Assembly (NCBI GenBank): GCA_963790415.1
Contig: CAWBOK010000001.1
Location: forward strand, 770,545 to 834,544
Direction of reading: 5' to 3'
Length of the DNA stretch: 64,000 nt
Source: an uncultured Actinomycetota bacterium
GTDB lineage: Bacteria; Actinomycetota; Thermoleophilia; RBG-16-64-13
How positions within the stretch are numbered: the stretch's first letter is position 1; every line of letters starts with the position of its first letter. This document shows positions 19,185 to 28,044 of the stretch, piece after piece. The notes under the pieces were generated by a model. That model searched no databases. It saw nothing but the letters and a program-made list of their open reading frames with translations, and was not told where the DNA came from. The translations under genes and the position numbers were made by a program.

Positions 19185-19230
19185 GGCGCTTCTCGGCCCG
19201 GCGCAAACGCGGACCGTCGTCAGTGAGCCG

Positions 19231-19845
19231 CTAGCACCCGGCTTTCGCCTCGGAAACAACGGCGGGGAATGCCAACGCCTCGACCAACACAAAGGCCGCC
19301 TGCAGTGCCGACGTCGGACAGAGGGGAAAGCACTCCTTGCAGTCCCAGCACTCTCGGGCCGCGATCTCGGGGACGAAGCTGATCTCCCGTCTTGCCCCTC
19401 TGTCGACGAAGCCGACGGCGTTCGCCTGCTTGACCTCGGCGCAGTACCGGACGCACAGGCCGCAGTGGATGCAGAAGGAGGCTTCTTTCTCGAAGCGGTC
19501 TCTGTCTGCTTCATACGTCTGCGCGAGGTCCTGCAACACCAAAGAATCCGGCGCGTGGGCCAGCAACAGCTCCAGGATCATCTTGCGGATCCTGTCGATC
19601 TTCTCCGATCTGGTCCGTACGACCAGGCCGTTCTCCACAGGGTAGACGCAGGCGGCGACGAGCCGCGGCCAACCGCGCACCTCCACCTCGACGGTGCAGA
19701 GACGGCAGCCGCCGTGGGGATCCAGCTTCTCGTGGTAGCAGAGGGTCGGAATCTCTATCCCGGCCTTCTGCGCCGCCTCGAGGATGGTCATCCCCTCGTG
19801 CGCCTCGACCTCTCTTCCGTCGATCTGCAGCGTAGTCCCGCTCAT
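19231..19845 (-). CDS. bamI: 2Fe-2S/4Fe-4S protein, NuoG N-terminal-like (BamI-like)
   Basis: 204 aa and intact. [49 protein letters not shown] plus [11 protein letters not shown] and [12 protein letters not shown] motifs. Last gene of the cluster. Confidence 0.7.
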   Translation of the reverse strand: MSGTTLQIDGREVEAHEGMTILEAAQKAGIEIPTLCYHEKLDPHGGCRLCTVEVEVRGWPRLVAACVYPVENGLVVRTRSEKIDRIRKMILELLLAHAPDSLVLQDLAQTYEADRDRFEKEASFCIHCGLCVRYCAEVKQANAVGFVDRGARREISFVPEIAARECWDCKECFPLCPTSALQAAFVLVEALAFPAVVSEAKAGC

Positions 19846-21781
19846 GTCTCTTGCTCTTTCTGACGACGGTTCTTTCGTCTTCGGGGAGGGGAGGCGGAAC
19901 GGGCTCGCCGGAGAGCTTCTTCACGGCACCATAGCGGGCGGGGCAGACTTCGAAGCACGTGCCGCACTTCGTGCACTTCTCCTGATCGATCACGTGGATC
20001 ACGTTCCTGTCGCCCTCGATCGCCTCGGCGGGGCAGTTCTTGGCGCAGAGCATGCAGCCCCGGCAACTGCCGGGTCGATGTAGTACGCGATCAGCTCCTT
20101 GCAGGACGAGGGCCGGGCACCGCTTCTCGTTGATGTGCGCCTCGTACTCGTCTCTGAAGTAGCGGAGCGTGCTCAGGAACGGGTTGGGGGCGCTCTTGCC
20201 GAGAGCGCAGAGGGAGGCCTCCTTGGCCACCTCGGACAGTTCCTCCAGGAGCTCGATGTCGCCCTCCCTGCCCCTGCCCTTGGTGATGTCGGTCAGGATC
20301 TTGAGCATCTGCCGCAGGCCCTCGCGGCAGGGGACGCACTTGCCGCACGACTCGTCGGTGAGGAAGTCGATGAAGTACCTGGCGACATCGACCATGCAGG
20401 TGTCTTCGTCCATGACGATCATCCCGCCGGAGCCCATCATCGAGCCGGCCGCGGTGAGCTCGTCGAAGCCGACCTCCAGGTCCAGCATCTCCTCGGGGAT
20501 GCACCCGCCCGACGGTCCCCCGGTCTGCACGGCCTTGAACTTCTTGCCGCCGGGGATGCCGCCGCCGATGTCGTAGATGATCTCCCTGAGCGTCATCCCC
20601 ATGGGCACTTCCACCAGGCCGGTGTTGGTGATCTTGCCGACCAGGGAGAAGATCTTCGTGCCCTTGCTCTTCTCGGTTCCGATCTTGGCGAACCAGTCGG
20701 CGCCCTCGTTGATGATCAGCGGGACGTTGGCCCAGGTCTCGACGTTGTTCAGTACGCTGGGCCTGTCCCACACACCCTTGACGGCCGTGTGGATGTACTT
20801 CGACCGCGGCTCTCCCACCCTGCCTTCCAAGGCCGTCATCAAAGCGCTGGACTCGCCGCACACGAAGGCGCCGGCCCCTTGGTGCACCGTGACGGCGAAG
20901 TCGAAGCCGGAGCCCAGGATGTTCTTGCCGAGAAGACCGTACTCCTCGGCCTTCCGGATGGCGATGTGGACGTTCTCCACCGCCAGCGGGTACTCCTGGC
21001 GCACGTAGATGTAGCCCTCGTGGGCGCCGATGGCGTAGGCGCCGATGGTCAGCCCCTCGAGCACGGAGTGAGGGTTCCCTTCCAGAAGGCTCCGGTCCAT
21101 GTAGGCGCCGGGGTCCCCCTCGTCGGCGTTGACGATCACGTACTTCGTCTCTCCCGGAGCGTTGCGGGCCTCTTCCCACTTCCTGCCCGCGGGGAAGCCG
21201 CCGCCGCCCCTGCCCCTCAGAGTCGGACTTCTTGACTTCCTCCAACACGCCGTTCGGCGGTCATCGTGGAGAGGGCCTTGGCCAGCGCCCGAGTAGCCAC
21301 CGATCGCCAGGTAGTCGTCGATGTCTCTTTGGATCGATGCTTCCGTTGGCGCCGAAGACGAGGCGCTCCTGGTGCTTGTAGAACGGGATCTCGCCCTCCC
21401 GCTCGATCCGTCTCGCCGGTGGCGGGGTCCACGTAGAGCAGACGCTCGACGACCTGCTTGTCCTGCAGCGTCTGGGAGACGATCTCGGGGACATCCTCGG
21501 GCTCGATCTGCAGGTAGCAGACTTCCTCGGGATGCATGACGACGATCGGGCCGCTCTCGCAGAACCCGTGACAACCGGTCTTTCGGATGTCCACTTCGTC
21601 GCTCAAGCCCCTGCTCCTGCGAGCTCCTCCTCGAGACGCGGCGGCGACCTCCGCGCTCCCAGAAGCGTGGCACGCGGACCCCGAGCAGAGCGTGACGCAG
21701 GGCCTCTTCGGGTCCCTCTTGGACAGGAGGTCGCTCCTGAATTCCTCCAGCTGCGGCGGGTGATTCGATCCGGGGCATCAT
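19842..21781 (-). pseudogene. bamH: NuoF/HydB-like flavoprotein with thioredoxin-like 2Fe-2S N-domain (BamH-like), multiply frame-disrupted
   Basis: The N-terminal 190 aa must be read across 6 successive +1 shifts (near 21757, 21412, 21328, 21288, 21254, 21222) to recover [90 protein letters not shown]. The rest is open and carries NADH/FMN/FeS motifs. There is a compensated frameshift pair at 20064-20112. The zero frame has no stop before 19511; a TGA overlapping the bamI ATG exists only in another frame. Confidence 0.75.
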
Positions 21782-21786
21782 TCGTC

Positions 21787-22261
21787 CTAAGTCGTAGTTC
21801 TTCAGCACGTCCGCGGTGCCGGCCGGCGTCGATCTTGCCGTGCGGCCTGCCGTCGACCTCCATGACCGGCCCCAGAGCGCAGCAGCCGAGGCAGTTGACG
21901 GTCTCCAGGCTGAACTTCAGGTCCAGGTCCGTCTCGCCCGGCATGATCCCGGTCAGGTCCTGCACCGAGTCGAGGACCCGGTCGGCCCCCCGAACATGGC
22001 AGGCCGTACCCATGCAGACGTGGATCTCGTGACGCCCCTTGGGCACCAGGCTGAACGCCTTGTAGAAGGTGGCGATGTGCTGGACGCGCGTCATAGGGCA
22101 CGTGCAGCCTCTCGCTCACCCGCTCCAGGACCTCCCTGGGCAGCCAGTGCTTCTCGGCTTGGATCTCCAGCAGTATCTGGATGAGCGCGCTTGCGTCCGC
22201 ATCGATACCTGTCGATGATCTGCTCGAGTCGGTCGTCACTCACGGTCGTTGCCTGCACCAT
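21787..22261 (-). pseudogene. bamG: NuoE-like thioredoxin-type 2Fe-2S protein (BamG-like), frame-disrupted
   Basis: ATG at 22261 after GGAAGGAAG. Pieces MVQATTVSDDRLEQIIDRY / DASALIQILLEIQAEKHWLPREVLERVSERLHVP / VQHIATFYKAFSLVPKGRHEIHVCMGTACHVRG...[16 protein letters not shown] / ADVLKNYD lie in successive +1 frames (shifts near 22200, 22095, 21833). The 3' end is uncertain. Confidence 0.7.
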
Positions 22262-22976
22262 CTTCCTTCCCCTCACCCACAGCCCGCTCTTGCGCCCTAG
22301 GCCAGAGCGAAGCGCTTGCGGCTCTCGTCGTACCTGACCAATCCCTGCCGTGACGCACTGTTGATCTGCTTCGCCACGTCCGACGGCTTCGACGCCCAGG
22401 CGCTCAGACAGCTCTCCCGTGGAGAGGGGGCTGTCTCCGAGGAGCGAGACGATCTGGCTCAAGGTCAGCTGCTCTCCGATCAGGTCGTCGAAGAGGCGGT
22501 CGAACTCGTCGCTGGCGAAGAACTCCTCGTACGCGGTCTGCGACTTGACGGGCACCCTCAGCCTCTCCCGTTCCACCAGCTTGATGTAGGGGATCAACCT
22601 CGTGGCCGCCTCGAGCTTGAACTTCAGCGTCATCGTCATCGATGCCCTCGCCCTCGCCCAGAGGTCCCAGCTGTTTCACGTGTGAGGAGAAGTCGTTCAT
22701 CACTTCCGCGAAGCGGATACCTTCGGACGACGACAACCATTCGAGCCGCAACCTATCGGGGTTCAACCCGATGTGTTCCAGAAGCTTCTTGCATATGTGC
22801 ATCATGCTCAAGGCATCGTAGTTGCCTTCGGTTATGTAGTGACATTCGCCCAGCCAGCACCCACCGACGAACACCCCGTCATTGCCATTCGAGAAGGCCC
22901 GGAGTACGAAGGCCAGATCGATCCTTCCGGTGCACATAAGTCGGACGATCCTGATGTCAGAAGCATATTGTAGTCT

Positions 22977-23009
22977 GGAAACTCCAGCCAAGTCCGCGGC
23001 GGAGTATCC
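22977..23009 (-). promoter_or_regulatory. candidate bacterial SECIS hairpin
   Basis: Starts directly after the UGA: GGAUACUCC-GCC-[GCGGACUU]-GGC-U-GGAGUUUCC. About 12 bp with one U.U mismatch and one bulge. The apical loop starts with G, 12 nt after the UGA. Confidence 0.4.
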
Positions 23010-23012
23010 TCA
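23010..23012 (-). other. in-frame TGA, probable selenocysteine codon
   Basis: Codon 19 of the MvhD-like gene, in the context C-N-W-TGA-G-Y-S. Cys-type homologs have C-N-W-C at this position. Confidence 0.65.
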
Positions 23013-23103
23013 CCAGTTACACAAGAACCCGAGGATCCTCGGCTTGAACTCGATTCCCGTACTCATCTCGACCTCCTTTCTGTGGTAGTGATCGCCGGTC
23101 CTT

Positions 23104-26100
23104 TCAGCAGACGACTTCCGCGAGGGCCGGAACCGCCGCGTCGATCTGGAGCATGATCTCCTCGTCGGTGTAGTGCTTCAGATAGATGGCCGCCGTGGGG
23201 CACTTGGCGTTGCAGAGGCCGTCGCCTTTGCAGAGCACGGGGTTGACCACGGCCTTCTTGCCGTGCTGGGTGTCGTGCAACTCGATGGCGCCATAGGTGC
23301 AGGCTGAGATGCAGGCGCCGCAGGCGACGCAATCCTCCTCCTTCACCTCGCACACCGAGCCCGACGCGGTGACGGTGTCGTGCGAGAGAAGGGTGATGGC
23401 CCGGCCGGCGGCACCGTAGGCCTGGCTGATCGTCTCCGAGAGGTGCTTGGGATAGTGGGCCGTGCCGCACAGGAAGATCCCGTCGGCGGCGAAGTCCACC
23501 GGCCGCAGCTTCACGTGGGCTTCCTGGAAGAAGCCGTCGGGGCTCAACGACACCTTGAACAAGCCGGGACATCTCGAGCGTCCCCCGCGACGAGACGACG
23601 GCCGCCGACAGCGCGAGCGCGTCGGCGTCGATGGCGATCCTCTGCCCCAGGATCGGATCGGTCACGGCGACCCTCAGGACGCGCCGACCGTCTTCGTCGA
23701 CGGCCTCCACCACCGGCTTGTCCTCGGGCTCGTAGCGGATGAAGCGCACGCCCCGCTCCGACGCCTCGCGGTAGTAGTCCTCACGGAAGCCGTAGGTGCG
23801 CATGTCCCGGAAGAGGACGTAGATGTCCATCTCGGGGTTGATCTCTTTGAGCTTCAGCGCGTTCTTGATGGCCTGGCTGCAGCAGATCCGGGCGCAGTAG
23901 TTCCGGTCCGGCTGCCGGCAGCCGACACACTGGATCATCACCATGCTCTGGGCGTCGGTCAGCCACTCCGCCCCGTCGGCGATCTGCTCCTCCAGCTCGA
24001 GCTGGGTCACGACCCGCTCGCCGGTGCCGTAGGAGTACTCGGTGGGCGTGTATTCCTCGGCGCCGGTGGCGAGGATGGCCGCTCCGTGGAGGATCTGCCT
24101 GACCCTGCCTTCGGACTGCACCGTCGTGACGAAGTTGCCCACGTAGCCGGAGACGTCGGTGATCGTGGCGTCTGTGGAGACGTGGACCAGCGGGTGGCGA
24201 TACACCTTGCGCACGAGCTCGCTCAGGAAGGCCTGGATGTCGAGCCCTTCCAGCGTGTGGCGGAGCCTCCGCGCCATGCCCCCCAGGTCCGATTCCTTCT
24301 CGACCAGGTAGACCTCGAAACCCTGCTCGGCCATGCTGAGGGCGCTGGTCATGCCGGCCACGCCCCCACCGACCACCAGCGCCGTCTTGTTGACGGGCAG
24401 CTCGAACTCCTCGAGCGGCTCCAGGAGGCGAGGTACGCGCCACCGACATCCGCACGATGTCCTTCGCCTTCTGGGTGGCCAGCTCCTTCTCGCGGCTGTG
24501 CACCCACGAGCAGTGCTCGCGGATGTTGGCCATGTCGAAGAAGTACTGGTTGATGCCGCCTTCGCGCAGCGTGTCCCGGAACAGCGGCTCGTGCGTTCTC
24601 GGGGTGCAGGCAGCCACGACCACGCGGTTGAGACCCTTCTCACGGATGGTGTTCGCTATCTGCGCGGCCGCGTCGGTGGAACAGATGAACAGTCCCTCTT
24701 CCGCGTGAACGACATTGTCCAAGGTCAGGGAGTAGTCGACCACCCCGGGCACGTCGACCACGCGGCCGATGTTGGAACCGCAGTGGCACACGAAGACGCC
24801 GACCCGGGTCTCCTCCTCGGAGACATCCCTCTCCACCGGGTAGACCCGATCCTTGGCCAGCCTACCCCGGCGGTAGTCGAGGAGTTGACCGCATTGCGAG
24901 CCGGCCCCGCTGGCCGACATCACCGACTCCGGGATGTCGATGGGTCCCTGGAAGGCCCCGCTGATGAAGACGCCGGGGCGGGAGGTCTCCATGGGGTTCA
25001 CCGGGTTGGTCTTGCAGAATCCGTACGAGTTGAGCTCGATGCCGAATGTCCTGGCGAAGTCCTGGGCATCGGACGGCGGGCTCATGCCCACCGAGAGCAC
25101 CACCATGTCGAACTCTTCCTCCACCACCCCGTCCGCGTCGGTGGCGTAGCGGACGGTGACGTTCTTCGTCTCGGGGATCTCTCTGCCGATGGAGACGTAG
25201 CTCCGGATGAACCGCACCCCGGGAAGCCTCTCCGCCCGCTGATAGAAGCGCTCGAAGTCCTTGCCGTACGACCGGATATCGTTGTGGAAGATGGTGGCCT
25301 TGGCGTCGGCGTCGTGATCCTTGGTCAGGATCACCTGCTTCTGAGTGTACGAGCAGCAGACCGCCGAGCAGTAGGTGTTGGCGCCCGGGATGACCTGCCG
25401 AGAGCCGACGCAGTGGATCCAGGCGATGTTGTGAGGATGCCGCTTGTTCGAGGGCCGCAGGATCTCGCCCTCGAACGGCCCGGTGGAACACAGCAGCCGC
25501 TCGTAGTCGAGACTGGTTACGACGTTCTCCATCGTCCCGTAGCCGTAGTCGCCCCTCAGTCCCGGGATCGAACACCTCGTAGCCCGGGGACAGGACGATG
25601 GCTCCCACGTTTAGCTCGATCTTCTCTGCCTTCTGATTGAGATCGATCGCGTCGTTCTTGCACACGCCCTCGCAGATGGCGCACTTCTTGTCCTGCAGAT
25701 ACCGGCAGCTGTCGTCGATGTACGTGACCAGCGGGACGGCCTGCGAGAAGTAGATGTGGACGGCCTTGTTGTCGGACAGCTCCTGGTTGTACGGATCGGG
25801 GATCTTGACCGGGCAGTACTCGACGCACGTGCCGCACCCCGTGCACTTGTCCTCGATGATGCGCCGGGGCTTCTTCGTGAGCGTGACCGTGAAGTCTCCG
25901 GCCTCTCCTTCGACGCTGTCGACTTCCGTGTAGGTGAGTATCTCGATGTTGGGGTGTCGGTCGCACTCGATGAACTTCGGCGATTCGATGCACATGGAGC
26001 AGTCGTTGGTGGGAAAGGTCTTGTCGAGCTGAGACATCTTGCCGCCGATGGTCGGCAGCTTCTCGACCAAGTAGACCTTGAAGCCCGAGGTGGCAAGGTC

Positions 26101-26223
26101 CAGGGCGGCCTGAATGCCGCTGATCCCACCACCGACCACCATGACGTCGCCGAAGTTGCCCGGCATGGGGCTCGCTATGACGTCCAGGTGAGAGAGTGCG
26201 TTGTGAAACGGTGCGTTATCCAC
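23104..26223 (-). pseudogene. bamE: large double HdrA-like FAD/FeS protein with ferredoxin inserts (BamE-like), three frame disruptions
   Basis: GTG start. Four pieces in successive +1 frames (shifts near 25548, 24433, 23563): VMVVGGGISGIQAALDLA...GYEVFDPG / LRGDYGYGTMENVVTSLDYERLL...IHCVGSRQ...AKDIVRMSVARTS / LLEPLEEFELPVNKTALVVGGGVAGMTSAL...IQCVGCRQ / LFKVSLSPDGFFQEAH...CVACGACISAC...CKGDGLCNAKCP. Confidence 0.8.
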
Positions 26224-26275
26224 TTCGTTCTATCCTCATCGGGTTGTCGCCGTCTCCAACTACCGTCGCCGTTTC

Positions 26276-27427
26276 CTAGACAACTGCTCGGACGATCTCG
26301 GTGATGTCCTTGATCTCGACGGCGTCGCTGTCTTCGCGGTTCATCCGGCTGTCTTCGAAGTTGGTGATGCAGTAGGGACAGGACGTGACCAGCACGTCGG
26401 CTCCCGCCTCGACCGCCTGATCGAGGCGGAGGTCGGAGAACCGTTCTCCCTTCACCGTCTCCATCCAGATCCTGCCGCCCCCGCCCCCGCAACAGAGACT
26501 GTCCACCCGCGTGTCCGGCATCTCGGCGAGCTCCAGCCCAGGTATCCTCTCGAGGATCTCCCGGGGCTCGTCGTACACGCCGTTGTGGCGTCCCAGGTAG
26601 CACGGGTCGTGGTACGTCACCGTCTTCGCGTACTCCTCCTTCAACTCCAGCCTGCCGTCGGCCATCAGTTGGAGAAGGAACTGCGACATGCTGACGACCT
26701 CGAAGTCCACCCGGAACTCCGTGTACTCGTTCTTGAACGCGTGGTAACAGTGCGGGGACGAGACCAGGATCTTCTTGACCCCATGGTCGATGAAGGTCTT
26801 GATGTTCTCCCTGGCCAGGCGCTTGAACAGGTCCTCGTTGCCCGTCTTGCGGATGCTCTCCCCGCAGCAGTTCTCGGCGGCGCCGAGGATCCCGAAATCG
26901 ACCCCGGCCTGCTTGAGCAACTCCGCCGTAGCTCTGGCCACCTTCTTCAAGCGCGGATCGTAGGCGAGATAGCAGCACGGGAAGTAGAGGTACTCCATGC
27001 CCTCCTTGAACGCCTTTACCCCGAGCCCCTCGGTCCACTTGGTCCGGTCTTCGCGCTTCTCGTTCAGCGGGTTCCCTTCGCTCTGGAGACTCGCGCTGAT
27101 CGTGCGGATAGGCTGCACGTGCTTGGGGAACACCTTGTACTCGGTGGCCATCCTGCGCAGCGCCACAGCATCCTCTATCTGCTGCACGTCCCGGGGGCAC
27201 CGCTGAGGGCATCTGCCGCAGGTAGTGCAGCGCCAGATGTCTTCGGTCTCGATGTCGGTCATGCCGAAGGTGGCCTCGCGAATGACCTTGCGCATACTGA
27301 AGTTCGTGACTCTATTCCAAGGGCACACGGTGTCGCACAAGCCGCATTGATAGCAGCGCTTGACCTGTTCGCCGCCGCTGTCCTTTATGACATCGACGAT
27401 CTCCCTATAGTCGGACAGATTCTCCAC
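26276..27427 (-). CDS. bamD: HdrD-type FeS/CCG-domain oxidoreductase (BamD-like)
   Basis: 383 aa and intact. CYQCGLCDTVCP and CTTCGRCPQRCP ferredoxin motifs, plus two CCG motifs (YFPCCY..NCCG; YHDPCYLGR..CCGGGGG). Confidence 0.8.
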   Translation of the reverse strand: MENLSDYREIVDVIKDSGGEQVKRCYQCGLCDTVCPWNRVTNFSMRKVIREATFGMTDIETEDIWRCTTCGRCPQRCPRDVQQIEDAVALRRMATEYKVFPKHVQPIRTISASLQSEGNPLNEKREDRTKWTEGLGVKAFKEGMEYLYFPCCYLAYDPRLKKVARATAELLKQAGVDFGILGAAENCCGESIRKTGNEDLFKRLARENIKTFIDHGVKKILVSSPHCYHAFKNEYTEFRVDFEVVSMSQFLLQLMADGRLELKEEYAKTVTYHDPCYLGRHNGVYDEPREILERIPGLELAEMPDTRVDSLCCGGGGGRIWMETVKGERFSDLRLDQAVEAGADVLVTSCPYCITNFEDSRMNREDSDAVEIKDITEIVRAVV

Positions 27428-27462
27428 TCTGTATCTACACTCTCTTCTTTCGCGGCGGTGGT

Positions 27463-28014
27463 TTAGCTCTTGATGGACATTCTGGCAACAGTCTCCACGA
27501 GCTTCTGGAGTCCGTACTTGTCCACCAGGGAATCCAGTCCCACCTCGAGTTCACCGCGCTTCTCTTCCTTCACGGATTCCCGGTCGTCCTCGCGTTCGAT
27601 GTACGTCAGCGCATCGCAGCGACAGACCTGGACACACCAGGGCTCCGTGAGAGTCTCATCTTCCTCGCACATATCGCACTTCAGAGGGAGGCCGGAGTCG
27701 GGCTCTTTGAAGTAGTCCCGCGCCGGGCAGGAAACCCCACAGAAGCTGCACTCGGAGTACTCTTTTCCTTCGATCGTGTAGATGTGTCTGCCCGTGCACT
27801 CGGCCTTCGTGTAGTCGCCCGCACGTATCGGGACGTAGACGTCTTTCAACTCGTCCAGCACGACGCGGATGCGCGACCTCGCCGGGTTCGTGCTGCTGAA
27901 TCTCGGATGGGCGTGGAACGCGGAACAGGCCAGTTCGCACGCGCGGCAGCCGATGCACTTGTCGATATCGACTTTGATTTCCTTGATCATGTTCGTCTTG
28001 GCGTCATCAGTCAC
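27463..28014 (-). CDS. bamC: multi-[4Fe-4S] ferredoxin-like subunit (BamC-like)
   Basis: 183 aa and intact. CIGCRACELAC, CSFCGVSCP and CDMCEED...CVQVCRCDA cysteine clusters. Sits immediately downstream of the AOR-family gene. Confidence 0.75.
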   Translation of the reverse strand: MTDDAKTNMIKEIKVDIDKCIGCRACELACSAFHAHPRFSSTNPARSRIRVVLDELKDVYVPIRAGDYTKAECTGRHIYTIEGKEYSECSFCGVSCPARDYFKEPDSGLPLKCDMCEEDETLTEPWCVQVCRCDALTYIEREDDRESVKEEKRGELEVGLDSLVDKYGLQKLVETVARMSIKS

Positions 28015-28044
28015 GACACATAACCCTTCACTCGCGCACCCCTC

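Larger units (their letters stand above)
22297..23066 (-). pseudogene. bamF: MvhD-like protein with in-frame UGA (Sec) and C-terminal winged-helix-like extension (BamF-like); two frame disruptions
   Basis: ATG at 23066 after AAAGGAGG. MSTGIEFKPRILGFLCNW-TGA-GYSAADLAGVSRLQYASDIRIVRLMCTGRID...GGCWLGECHY matches the MvhD/FlpD pattern. +1 shifts near 22630 and 22380. The tail contains LTLSQIVSLLGDSPLSTGELSERLGV..VAKQINSASRQGLVRYDESRKRFALA. Confidence 0.75.

Noticed and set aside
21605-21640. Possible second compensated frameshift pair in bamH (alternate frame reads [11 protein letters not shown], open frame reads [12 protein letters not shown])
   Set aside because: The open frame is uninterrupted, and the alternate reading is only a short, low-information match to the expected pattern. 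Not enough evidence to call.
19511-21808. 765-aa ORF that looks like one large intact NuoF-like protein
   Set aside because: Its first ~190 aa are Arg/Ser/Pro-rich and out of frame; the conserved N-terminal sequence is found piecewise in the other two frames. Its last ~330 nt overlap the intact bamI gene. The long open frame is a by-product of high GC.
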